Position numbers and translations under genes: made by a program | The notes under the pieces: model-generated | The model's database searches: none | What the model was told of the DNA's origin: nothing | Seen by the model: only the letters and a program-made list of their open reading frames with translations | IMG/VR virus record: IMGVR_UViG_3300012348_000136 | Span: 1 to 64,000 of that record | Direction: 5' to 3' (one strand) | Source: a virus | Taxonomy: Duplodnaviria > Heunggongvirae > Uroviricota > Caudoviricetes | Length of the DNA: 64,000 nucleotides | Shown: piece by piece, positions 25,967 through 35,179 of the stretch | Numbering within the stretch: position 1 is the first letter of the stretch | Layout of the letters: every line of letters starts with the position of its first letter

Positions 25967-26236
25967 ATTATGGAAAATCTCAAGAAAACATTTTGGCGTG
26001 CGTATTACCGCATGACTCTTGGCGCTGAGGAAAGCAATCGCCGCATGCAATCCGCAAAGCTGTTTGGCGGTTACCTTGATGAACAGTCTGAAAAGGTTGG
26101 CATCGGTCGCAATTATGATGTGCAGGGAAATCAGATTCGCGGTTGGCATCGGCGTTCACATCATGCACCGCCTCCTGCAAAAAGTTCTCATCCACTCATT
26201 GATAAGTATTGCTAAAATCTGCACGTGCTTTTGCCG

Positions 26237-26269
26237 GCAGCTGAACCTTTAAGGTCAGCTGCCTTTTTG
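26237..26269 (+). terminator. rho-independent terminator
   Basis: GGCAGCTGA ... TCAGCTGCC followed by TTTTTG. Confidence 0.65.
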
Positions 26270-26272
26270 TTA

Positions 26273-26301
26273 TTTACATTCTTGCAACAATAAATTATAT
26301 T
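26273..26301 (+). promoter_or_regulatory. sigma70-like promoter
   Basis: TTTACA-N17-TATATT. Confidence 0.5.
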
Positions 26302-26307
26302 AGACAT

Positions 26308-26640
26308 ATGAATATTCCAATCCTCAATCGCCTTCGCGAAATGTTTAAAGCCGAGCGTCCAGAACGCTATGAAAACGATGCACTTGCATCACTTATGTTT
26401 ATCTTCGTTAAAGAAGGAAACGGATATGATGATCAGGACTTAGGCATTGCAGTACATGACATCATTGAAGAATGTCAAACGTACATTTATCGCGATCGTC
26501 CTCTTCAAGTTAACGCTATGATTGAGGCTGAAATAAACGGAGAATATGATGAAGCCGATTACATCGCGAAAAGTATTTACGAACAAGATACAATCGTCAT
26601 GTGCAACCTAGTTAAAATCAGAGAATACATTTACGCATGA
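26308..26640 (+). CDS. hypothetical protein (110 aa)
   Basis: Track ORF. Confidence 0.45.
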   Translation: MNIPILNRLREMFKAERPERYENDALASLMFIFVKEGNGYDDQDLGIAVHDIIEECQTYIYRDRPLQVNAMIEAEINGEYDEADYIAKSIYEQDTIVMCNLVKIREYIYA

Positions 26641-27344
26641 AACAACCAAGAACAGCAGACATACGCGACACACTTGCATCGCTTTATAAGCAAGGGCACT
26701 TCTCAACCGATAAGACTGGTGTAAAAACCGTAGAGATTGTCGGCGCAAGCTTCATTGCCGATGAACCGACAATCTTTGGAGCTCTTAACGATGAATACAT
26801 TGAAAAGGAATTGGATTGGTACTTGTCGCAAAGCTTATATGTCAAAGACATCGGTGATCCTGTTCCGAAGATTTGGACAGCCGTTTCTGACCGTGAAGGT
26901 AAGATCAATTCAAACTATGGCTATCTAATTTTCTCACAGGAGAATGGTCTGCAATTCCAAAATGTTCTAAATGAATTGCTTTCTAACAAAGATTCGCGTC
27001 GGGCCGTAATGATTTACACGCGCCCAAGTATGCATACGGATTACAACTCAAATGGCATGAGTGATTTCATTTGTACCAATGCAGCGCAGTACTTGATCCG
27101 TGATGGCGCATTACATACAGTTGTCCAGATGCGCAGCAATGATGTTGTCTTCGGATATCGCAATGATTATGCTTGGCATCAATATGTAACAAAAGAACTT
27201 CTTAAGCAATACAATGACTGTCTTGCGGATCCAAGTGATGCTGTTGTTCTTGGACAAACGTCGTGGCAAGTGGGTTCTTTACATGTGTATGAAAGACACT
27301 TTAAGATGATTGAGGACTATATAGCTTCACTCTCTGAGCAATAA
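26637..27344 (+). CDS. 42: dCMP hydroxymethylase (thymidylate-synthase family, T4 gp42-like)
   Basis: GASFIADEPTIFGALNDEY, SRRAVMIYTRPS and MSDFICTNAAQYLIRD ... MRSNDVVFGYRNDYAW match ThyA-family motifs and resemble my recollection of T4 gp42. Confidence 0.6.
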   Translation: MKQPRTADIRDTLASLYKQGHFSTDKTGVKTVEIVGASFIADEPTIFGALNDEYIEKELDWYLSQSLYVKDIGDPVPKIWTAVSDREGKINSNYGYLIFSQENGLQFQNVLNELLSNKDSRRAVMIYTRPSMHTDYNSNGMSDFICTNAAQYLIRDGALHTVVQMRSNDVVFGYRNDYAWHQYVTKELLKQYNDCLADPSDAVVLGQTSWQVGSLHVYERHFKMIEDYIASLSEQ

Positions 27345-27348
27345 ATTG

Positions 27349-27377
27349 TTTACAATTTGTGCACGGCCTGATATAAT
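27349..27377 (+). promoter_or_regulatory. sigma70-like promoter
   Basis: TTTACA-N17-TATAAT. Confidence 0.55.
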
Positions 27378-27383
27378 ATCTTT

Positions 27384-27848
27384 ATGATACGGAATGAGAT
27401 TCCTGCGCTACTAGCCAAACCCACTAGGAAATTTCCAGAGCTGGTTGCGCATTTTATCCCTGCACCTGATTACACAAACGAACCAAACAAAATAGACTAT
27501 ACCCGAATGGAAGAAAAAGAAAGCATTAAAATTCTTGACGAATGTAAAGCACTTCAAATCAAGAAGTCAAACGATTACCAAAATCCCCACTCACGTATTC
27601 GTCAAGCAGATTATTATCCTCGCGGCGTTGCTACAATTCTTGACATCATTCAAGCAAAAGTGCTGCGAATGTATTCGGTAATTGAGGCTATGGAAAACGA
27701 TCCAAGCTATGTTCCGAACTTTGAAAGCTTTGAGGATAGCTGTAAAGATCTTATTAACTATGCTTCATTTGCAGCTGCATATTCACGTGGCAAGGTCGAT
27801 GGTCAGTCTCCTTCCAAAGACTTCCTAAATCGCAATGTGAACGCATGA
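27384..27848 (+). CDS. hypothetical protein (154 aa)
   Basis: Track ORF. Could be an NTP-pyrophosphatase-type nucleotide-metabolism protein; I could not assign it. Confidence 0.4.
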   Translation: MIRNEIPALLAKPTRKFPELVAHFIPAPDYTNEPNKIDYTRMEEKESIKILDECKALQIKKSNDYQNPHSRIRQADYYPRGVATILDIIQAKVLRMYSVIEAMENDPSYVPNFESFEDSCKDLINYASFAAAYSRGKVDGQSPSKDFLNRNVNA

Positions 27849-28720
27849 AGAACGTAGTGTTTATCCCGACGTCTAATCTTTACAGAGTGCGTACTCTGAT
27901 AAAGTACTATAACGTCCATAACTTACCAACTGATCAGCGTGTCATTTTCATCGCCGATGATCGTGGCAACATCTCAAAGGAAGAGTATGCTGAGGCTGTA
28001 AATGATTCGAGGTTTGAGTTAATCTATACCTCCGATATGATGGCTGCCGTGAATGACTTGTTTGCGGACTGTCCATATTATGATCCAATCATCAATGACA
28101 TGTATAAAGTGTCAGTGAAAATGCTTGTGTTCATTTATGCAGCTCGTCATATGAGTATCCGCAAGAGCTTGATGCTTGACGACGACATCTTGTTTCTCAA
28201 GCCGCTTGATGAATGGTTTGCGTATGATTATGTTGTCAAAGAGGACGGCTTGTCAACGATGACTACAACATTAGTTAATGGTTTTCAAAGTACATACCCT
28301 CATGTTGATGTTGCGGAATTTAATCAGCCAAAGCATCGTATCAATTCAGGAAGCATTCTTTACACTATGGAAGATAACGACCGTTTGCTTAACGACGTTC
28401 GTGCTTTCTTCTCATCAGACGACATATATCGCATTCTCGTGAATCGTCTAAATAAGACAAGTTCACGTCGAAAAGGTTGGGGTTATGATTGGATGCTTGA
28501 ACAATACTTCTATGGCATCCATATGTATTCCTTAGGCGTAGAGATTCCGCGCTTCCGTTCAGCCGTTAATATTGGTCTTGGATATCCAAAGGAAGATAAA
28601 CCGCTTAAGCCATTTAAGAAAATTCCAAATGTGATTCATTTCCTTCAGATGGAAAAGCAGCGAATGTACGATGCATATCTACCTCTGATTGATGAATACA
28701 TCAGAACCAATAAACTGTAA
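27845..28720 (+). CDS. putative glycosyltransferase
   Basis: DDD motif (LMLDDDILF), possibly a GT-A DxD. Confidence 0.35.
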   Translation: MKNVVFIPTSNLYRVRTLIKYYNVHNLPTDQRVIFIADDRGNISKEEYAEAVNDSRFELIYTSDMMAAVNDLFADCPYYDPIINDMYKVSVKMLVFIYAARHMSIRKSLMLDDDILFLKPLDEWFAYDYVVKEDGLSTMTTTLVNGFQSTYPHVDVAEFNQPKHRINSGSILYTMEDNDRLLNDVRAFFSSDDIYRILVNRLNKTSSRRKGWGYDWMLEQYFYGIHMYSLGVEIPRFRSAVNIGLGYPKEDKPLKPFKKIPNVIHFLQMEKQRMYDAYLPLIDEYIRTNKL

Positions 28721-28721
28721 C

Positions 28722-29771
28722 ATGGCACAACATATCACAACACTTGTCGTTGACTATGACGACACAATAGCAATTACTTTTAATCGTGATTGGCAGAATG
28801 CTAAACCAAATCAGCCGCTGATTAATAAACTAAATCAGCTGTATGATCAAGGATGGACCATTCACATTGTAACTGCACGCGGTCAGCTTTCATGTGATGG
28901 TGACTATCAAAAAGCAGATGATAAGTATCGTAAGCAAATTGAAAAGTGGTTGAGCGATCATAATGTAAAGTATCATACGCTAAGTTTCCAAAAGAAGCTG
29001 GCAGCATATTACATTGATGATAAAGGAATAACTCCTGAGCAGTTTGTTGAAAAATTTGATCGGGTTGATCTACAAAACGGTTGGTCAGGTGCTTCAGTTT
29101 ATTATGATGCAGTTACTGATTGCGTTTATAAGACCGCGTCAAACGGTCATGAAGCAATTCAGTGGTATGAGCATGCAACCGCATTAGGTTACAATACACC
29201 ACATGTCCACAACATCATCGGCAACACTATTCGTATGAGTAGGCTGCCTGCTTACACTGGAAGTGTATGTGATGCGGTTGATAGTATCATATCATTCGGC
29301 AAACATCCAGCATTGCGCGGAAATAAAGACGCTCTTGCATATGTTGAACGCTGTACCGCGCGCGTAAAGAACATGTTGCCAACCGATACTTTAAAAAGTA
29401 TTGTTAACTTTCTACAGGTTGCAATGCAGTCTACACCATTCACATTTGGGCACGGTGATTGTTCATCGTTGAACATTATGGGAGCTGCGGCTGACTCATG
29501 TGTTCCTGCATTCATTGATCCAATCAACGATTCTACATTGTATAGCAGCTATGTCATTGACCTTGGAAAATATTATGCAAGCATTGACATCTTTAAACAA
29601 GAACCATCTATTAAAGACGAAATCCTTAATGCTGTAGATAGCGTAAGTAGCTGGACAATCAAAGCGCATGCACTTGGACATCTTTGCCGTTGCTTGCCAT
29701 ATGCACCCACTGAGGCAGACAAACTGCATATAACTACTCTTATCGAAAAACAAACATATGCTCTTAGATAA
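28722..29771 (+). CDS. bifunctional HAD-like phosphatase / APH-type sugar kinase candidate
   Basis: N-terminus VVDYDDTIA (HAD motif I) and IVTAR. C-terminal HGDCSSLNI (HGDxxxxN kinase motif) and FIDPIND. Confidence 0.45.
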   Translation: MAQHITTLVVDYDDTIAITFNRDWQNAKPNQPLINKLNQLYDQGWTIHIVTARGQLSCDGDYQKADDKYRKQIEKWLSDHNVKYHTLSFQKKLAAYYIDDKGITPEQFVEKFDRVDLQNGWSGASVYYDAVTDCVYKTASNGHEAIQWYEHATALGYNTPHVHNIIGNTIRMSRLPAYTGSVCDAVDSIISFGKHPALRGNKDALAYVERCTARVKNMLPTDTLKSIVNFLQVAMQSTPFTFGHGDCSSLNIMGAAADSCVPAFIDPINDSTLYSSYVIDLGKYYASIDIFKQEPSIKDEILNAVDSVSSWTIKAHALGHLCRCLPYAPTEADKLHITTLIEKQTYALR

Positions 29772-30207
29772 AAAAGAACTAGCCGCTAGACTTGGAAAAG
29801 ATATCAACGACGTAAAGATTGGTCTTACCGCGTCCACATTTGACTTGTTTCATGCAGGCCATAATGTAATGCTGATGGAAGCAAAACAACTTTGTGACTA
29901 TCTCATTGTTGGCTTGCTGGTAGACCCAACAAAAGATCGCCCAGACACAAAGAACAAGCCAGTCCAAAGTGTGTTTGAGCGTTACATCCAAATTTCAAGC
30001 TGCAAGTACATTGATGAAATCATTCCGTTTGAAACCGAAAACGATTTGGTCGATATGATCCTAACTATCAATCCTGACATTCGTATTGTTGGGGAAGAAT
30101 ACAAAGGTACTGACCATACTGGAGTTGGTCTTTGCCCAATTCATTATAATAAGCGTCGCCACTCGTTCTCTACAAGTGAGCTACGCACACGAATTCAAAA
30201 TCAATAA
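29758..30207 (+). CDS. cytidylyltransferase-like nucleotidyltransferase (TagD/HldE-adenylyltransferase type)
   Basis: TASTFDLFHAGH HxGH nucleotidyltransferase motif; 149 aa. Confidence 0.55.
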   Translation: MLLDKKELAARLGKDINDVKIGLTASTFDLFHAGHNVMLMEAKQLCDYLIVGLLVDPTKDRPDTKNKPVQSVFERYIQISSCKYIDEIIPFETENDLVDMILTINPDIRIVGEEYKGTDHTGVGLCPIHYNKRRHSFSTSELRTRIQNQ

Positions 30208-30215
30208 TTACATAT

Positions 30216-31238
30216 ATGAAAATACTGATCACCGGCGGTGCCGGATTTGTTGGAACTAATCTAATTCCTTGTTTACTAAATGATGGTCATGATGTTTATG
30301 TCTTTGATAACCTTGCACAAGGAAGCCTAATTCCTGAGGTTCACAATCGTGTTCACGTGTGCATTGGTGATATTACAAATCGTGAACACATCTTTTCGTA
30401 TGTTGAAAATGTAAAGCCTGATATCACGTTTCACTTTGCAGGACTGGTTAGCATTTATGATTGTCATAAAGATTCAGCATCAGCGTGTTTGAATAACATC
30501 AATGGCTCACTCAATGTATTTGATGCATTGCTAGCACATGGTTGTCCGCGTGTTATCTTTTCTGAAACAAGCGCGGTTTATGAGAATTGTGCGTTGCCTC
30601 CAAATGGTTACAATGAATCTCAAAGCGATCCTACTACTTTCTATTCTACATCTAAGGCATGTGTTGCATTGATTGCTGAAAGCTATGCACGTACTAAAGG
30701 ATTGCGATACACTGCGCTTCGTTACTTTAATGTCGCTGGTCCTATTCAAGACTATCGTCGAACAGTACCTCCACTCTTCGCTGGATTTGCAATTCGTATG
30801 ATGGCTGGTAATAATCCAATCATCTTTGGTAACGGTGAACGTCGTCGTGACTTCATTCATGTGGATGACATCAATGATTTCCACATCCTTGCAATGAACA
30901 ATGATGAGACCATCGGTGAGACATACAACCTCGGCCGCGGCGAAAGTTATAGCTTGTATGAAATTGGTGATATTGTCGCAGATGTTTTGCGTAAGCGCGG
31001 ATATCAAAATATTCCCGAAAAGATTACTTATACAATGATGCCTGAAATCAATGGTGAAGCATTTGATATTTACGCAGATGTTCGCAAAGCAAATACATTA
31101 GGGTGGTCTGCATCACGTAGCATTGAAGAAGCGCTAAATGATACCATTGTGTATCTTGAACGTGAAATTGAAAATGGCGCAATTAAGCCAGATACATACA
31201 TGAGCAATATTAATACTGACAGCGTTAAGATTGGATAA
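30216..31238 (+). CDS. NAD-dependent sugar epimerase/dehydratase (extended SDR)
   Basis: ILITGGAGFVGTNL Rossmann motif and YSTSK catalytic YxxxK. Confidence 0.7.
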   Translation: MKILITGGAGFVGTNLIPCLLNDGHDVYVFDNLAQGSLIPEVHNRVHVCIGDITNREHIFSYVENVKPDITFHFAGLVSIYDCHKDSASACLNNINGSLNVFDALLAHGCPRVIFSETSAVYENCALPPNGYNESQSDPTTFYSTSKACVALIAESYARTKGLRYTALRYFNVAGPIQDYRRTVPPLFAGFAIRMMAGNNPIIFGNGERRRDFIHVDDINDFHILAMNNDETIGETYNLGRGESYSLYEIGDIVADVLRKRGYQNIPEKITYTMMPEINGEAFDIYADVRKANTLGWSASRSIEEALNDTIVYLEREIENGAIKPDTYMSNINTDSVKIG

Positions 31239-32514
31239 CATGAACATCTTTGTAGGAAAATTAGGAAAAAGTATTCTCTTCAAGCGATCGTCTTGGGGAC
31301 CAATTGGTGGTGATAATGAAGCTCCGCTATATTATGAAAATCTATTTCATCGCAATCCTGACATTCAATTTTACTTGTTAGGTTGCAGCGACTATGATCG
31401 TCTAGCACCTGAAGAACGTGATCGTATTAATAAGAACGGTAACGTCCATAATATCTGGGGTGATGATTGGAAGAACTTCAAAAAGACATATAGCGGACCA
31501 AAGGTTAGCTGCCGTATTGATTACATGGATCAATGGGCTGCAAAGGCTAAAGAGTCTGGTTTGAACATGGATGTTGGAATCCTTTTTGCAGGACCAAACG
31601 CAACATGTAATATGCCATTTCGTGTGACGAAAATGAAGGATCCAACTGTAATAGCTAAGCCTATTGATATGTTGGCTCTTTATGCTGGTCCGTTGGTTTC
31701 TTACCTAAACACTTACCGTGTTCCATATACATTGATCGTAAATGACCCTCGGTTCTTTCCATTTATGTCAAAGGATTTGCTACACGCGCCATCGAGTGTA
31801 TTGTCGCAATACAATGAGACAATTACTTTCAAGCACCGAAAGACATACACTGATAACACCGTCATTCAGTTTCCACTTGAAGCAAGGTATGCATCGTCTG
31901 AAACAATTTATTTGATTAACGATAAGAGTAAAGAAACTGAATCGAAACCATGCTCGCTTGAGTCATTCTTCGGTGAAGATACGCCAGTTGAAGAAACGGG
32001 TGTGGTAGAGCGCGACATTAAGTTCCTAGTTGTTCTTAATGAAGGTCGCCCTTCGCGCTATGGTCTTCTTAAAGAAAATATTTTAGATCATATTGATGAT
32101 GTTAGTGTTTATGGTCAATGGGATCCTGAAACTATTGGAGATGATCCTCGCTTTAAAGGTAGCGTATCTTATGATGAACTGCAAAAGATGCTTCCTCGTA
32201 TCAAGTATTCATATTGCATTCCAATTAAGCCAGGCTGGGTGACAATGAAGTTTTGGGAACTGTTAAATCATGGAGTTATTCCATTCTTGCATCCAACATA
32301 TGACAGTCAAAATAATCTAAATGCTCCAGAGTTTCTGAGAGTTAAAGATAGTAAAGATTTAGCAGCTAAGATAAATTTCTTAGAGAATAATCCTGAAGAA
32401 TATACGCTATTCTTAAATAGGCTAAAAGCAATGATTAAGCCAGAGCATCGCGATGGGTCGCTATTAAATAACATCGTAATGAATGAAATCACAAAGATAA
32501 CAAATAATGACTAA
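31231..32514 (+). CDS. DNA beta-glucosyltransferase homologue (T4 beta-gt-like)
   Basis: Blocks resembling my recollection of T4 beta-gt: WVTMKFWELL vs ITLRVWETM, a RPSRYG block and a C-terminal EFLRVKDSKDLAAKINFL block. Confidence 0.5.
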   Translation: MDNMNIFVGKLGKSILFKRSSWGPIGGDNEAPLYYENLFHRNPDIQFYLLGCSDYDRLAPEERDRINKNGNVHNIWGDDWKNFKKTYSGPKVSCRIDYMDQWAAKAKESGLNMDVGILFAGPNATCNMPFRVTKMKDPTVIAKPIDMLALYAGPLVSYLNTYRVPYTLIVNDPRFFPFMSKDLLHAPSSVLSQYNETITFKHRKTYTDNTVIQFPLEARYASSETIYLINDKSKETESKPCSLESFFGEDTPVEETGVVERDIKFLVVLNEGRPSRYGLLKENILDHIDDVSVYGQWDPETIGDDPRFKGSVSYDELQKMLPRIKYSYCIPIKPGWVTMKFWELLNHGVIPFLHPTYDSQNNLNAPEFLRVKDSKDLAAKINFLENNPEEYTLFLNRLKAMIKPEHRDGSLLNNIVMNEITKITNND

Positions 32515-33781
32515 TAAGAAATATACATACGCAGCAATTGTACCTCTAATTGGGGGTGAAGTATTGGGTACAACCGAAGCTCTAAATGGGCAGCTACCCG
32601 AATATGTACTATCATATACTCCATTCAAGAATAATGATGAGCATTACATCAATTACATCCGTACTCAAAAAGGATGGTCTGGTGATTATGTTTTCTTAGA
32701 TGAAAACACTGATTATGTAGCGCCGCATGTAGACGTTGTTCTTACAACATGTCCATGCGCAGGACTATCAAGCTTTAGTACAACAAGTAATGAAAATAGT
32801 GCAACCAATGATTGGATGTATCGCACTGCAGAATATGTACTTGGCACAATTAAGCCAACTGTTTTCTGGGGAGAAAATGCTCCACGATTGTATGGTAACA
32901 GCGGTAAGAAAGTAGCAGACCGTCTGCATGAAATTGGTAAGGCGCTTGGATACAGCCTGAATCTTTACTATACCGAAAGCCGTCTGCATGGATTGTCACA
33001 AAAGAGACCGCGCACATTCTACTTCTTCACGAAGAGTGAATCCGCTCCTATCTTTTCGTGGCATAATAAAGAGCCTGAGTCAGTTGAAGACGTTCTTAAA
33101 ATGGCAAAGCGTCCAGATGACCCGATGAATATTCTTACCAATGAAGAATGCCCAACCGCTAATGCATGGGTTGCATACAACATGGCAATGACGGAGTCAA
33201 AGACAATCGGTCAATTGGCTACACACTTTGACAAGACAACTAACATGATTGTTAACACTGACGGCGGTTATGGTAAGAATCTTCTTGAGGTTGCGGATTG
33301 GATGGACGCTAATGGCCATAGTCATGTAGCAAAGCGCGCACGCGCAATGCAAGCAAAACTCGATGATGGTAAAGGCTACTGGGCGCACGGCGTCACTCTT
33401 CCAAAAGGTCAACTTATTCCTGCTTTCATCGGTGCACTTCCGTACTGTATGATTAACCCATTCACCGAAAAGTACATTACTATTCGTGATGGTCTTCGTC
33501 TAATGAAGATGCCTGAAGACTTTAATCTTGTGGGTGATAAACCACTCGCCAAGCTTAATCACGTTTGCCAAAACGTTCCAGTTACGACTGCACGTGACAT
33601 GATGCTTAATGTTATTGAGTATCTTGAAGGCAAAACGCAATATGGAGACTGCTCATATATCAAGCAAAGTAATAAGAATAAGAATATTGTTCGTGTTACG
33701 CTTGATGAAACGTACGCAGCAAATACTGCGGACCTTGATGAGTTTTTCCATTTACATAAACACAAAACTAATATACAATAA
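32507..33781 (+). CDS. C5-cytosine methyltransferase-fold protein
   Basis: Ordered motifs: I PLIGGEVLG, IV TCPCAGLSSFS, VI GENAPRL, VIII SQKRPRTFYFF, X-like CQNVPV. Confidence 0.5.
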   Translation: MTNKKYTYAAIVPLIGGEVLGTTEALNGQLPEYVLSYTPFKNNDEHYINYIRTQKGWSGDYVFLDENTDYVAPHVDVVLTTCPCAGLSSFSTTSNENSATNDWMYRTAEYVLGTIKPTVFWGENAPRLYGNSGKKVADRLHEIGKALGYSLNLYYTESRLHGLSQKRPRTFYFFTKSESAPIFSWHNKEPESVEDVLKMAKRPDDPMNILTNEECPTANAWVAYNMAMTESKTIGQLATHFDKTTNMIVNTDGGYGKNLLEVADWMDANGHSHVAKRARAMQAKLDDGKGYWAHGVTLPKGQLIPAFIGALPYCMINPFTEKYITIRDGLRLMKMPEDFNLVGDKPLAKLNHVCQNVPVTTARDMMLNVIEYLEGKTQYGDCSYIKQSNKNKNIVRVTLDETYAANTADLDEFFHLHKHKTNIQ

Positions 33782-33797
33782 ACATAATACAAATACT

Positions 33798-34880
33798 ATG
33801 TCATCCGTACTCGATAAACTAAAAAAGAATTGCCGAATTAAAGAAGCAGATGTCCTTTCAGAATCGGACTTCTATTCGGAAAAGGATATTACTCCTACAC
33901 CAGTGCCAATGATTAATGTTGCTCTTAGCGGCAGCATTGATGGTGGTCTTACTAGCGGACTTACTGTTCTTGCAGGTCCGTCCAAGCACTTCAAGACTAG
34001 CTTTGCGCTTCTTATGGCTGCAAGCTATCTGAAAAAGCATAAGGATGCAGTTCTTATGTTTTATGATTCCGAATTCGGATCGCCACAGCAATACTTTGAA
34101 AGCTTTGGCATTGATACATCGCGCGTTCTACATGTTCCTATTAAGAACATTGAAGAACTAAAGTTTGACTTGGTCAATCAGCTTGATCAAATTGAACGTA
34201 AGGATAAGGTTGTAATTGTTATCGACTCGGTTGGTAACCTTGCAAGTAAGAAGGAACTTGAAGATGCTCTGAACGAAAAGAGCGTCGCTGACATGACGCG
34301 CGCAAAGGCGCTAAAAGGTCTGTTCCGTATGGTTACTCCATATCTTACAATGAAGAACATTCCGCTTATTGCAATTAACCACACCTATCAGGAAATTGGA
34401 TTGTTCCCGAAGGCGATTGTTAGCGGCGGCACCGGCATTACTTACAGTGCCGACAACATCTGGATTCTTGGTCGTCAGCAAGATAAAGATGGTACTGAAA
34501 TTCAGGGATATCACTTCATCATTAACGTCGAGAAGTCTCGCTTCGTTAAGGAAAAGTCGAAGATCCCGATCAGCGTAAGTTGGGAAGGCGGTATTCAGAA
34601 GTGGTCTGGATTGCTTGATGTTGCTATTGACGGTGGATATGTTATCAAACCAAAGAATGGTTGGTACATGGCAGTGAACAAGGCAACTGGAGAACCGCTT
34701 ACGCAAAACTTGCGAGCTGCGCAGACTATGACGTCTGACTTCTGGGAGAAGGTGTTTAATAACACTAACTTTGCCAAATACATTAAAGACAAGTATACAA
34801 TTGGTCTGCGTGACATGATCACTGAGACTGCTTCTAAAGACTTGTCTGATGATGAAATCCTTGAGCAGTACGAAGAGTAA
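33798..34880 (+). CDS. uvsX: UvsX RecA-like recombinase
   Basis: Extensive similarity to my recollection of T4 UvsX (MINVALSG ... LAGPSKHFKTSFAL ... LFYDSEFG ... DSVGNLASKKELEDALNEK ... DMTRAKALKGLFR ... NHTY). Confidence 0.8.
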   Translation: MSSVLDKLKKNCRIKEADVLSESDFYSEKDITPTPVPMINVALSGSIDGGLTSGLTVLAGPSKHFKTSFALLMAASYLKKHKDAVLMFYDSEFGSPQQYFESFGIDTSRVLHVPIKNIEELKFDLVNQLDQIERKDKVVIVIDSVGNLASKKELEDALNEKSVADMTRAKALKGLFRMVTPYLTMKNIPLIAINHTYQEIGLFPKAIVSGGTGITYSADNIWILGRQQDKDGTEIQGYHFIINVEKSRFVKEKSKIPISVSWEGGIQKWSGLLDVAIDGGYVIKPKNGWYMAVNKATGEPLTQNLRAAQTMTSDFWEKVFNNTNFAKYIKDKYTIGLRDMITETASKDLSDDEILEQYEE

Positions 34881-35179
34881 TGATTGAAGGAAAAGACTAC
34901 TTGTTGGTCGAAGATGATTTACATCCAGACCAATTCCTGATACAATTAACAAGTAGCGGATATGCTGGTGTAATTTACCGTTATGGTAAAGTCAGTATAG
35001 TTGAGGAAAAGAATCAGGCACGCTTGAAGTTTATCTACAAGATTGAGAGCGTGCCTGATTTTCTCACACACCGCCGCGACAAATTGCAAGAAGATCCTGA
35101 GTTCAATAATCTGCTCGGTGAAATTCTCGCTGACATTCTCTCAAATAACGACTGTAAAATAGGAAGACCACATGATTGA
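34880..35179 (+). CDS. small protein in the position of T4 gene 40
   Basis: Lies between the uvsX and gp41 homologues as gene 40 does in T4; no motif support. Confidence 0.35.
   Translation: MIEGKDYLLVEDDLHPDQFLIQLTSSGYAGVIYRYGKVSIVEEKNQARLKFIYKIESVPDFLTHRRDKLQEDPEFNNLLGEILADILSNNDCKIGRPHD

Noticed and set aside
25504-26195. Minus-strand ORFs (159, 118, 71 and 71 aa) in the GC-rich island.
   Set aside because: They are products of high GC content and antisense to the basic-protein gene. There is no promoter or RBS.
25969-26215. 82-aa plus-strand ORF between two terminators.
   Set aside because: Its ATG abuts the terminator T-run with no RBS or promoter. The segment is more likely a non-coding or RNA region, as noted in findings.
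34311-34952. 213-aa minus-strand ORF.
   Set aside because: It is antisense to uvsX.
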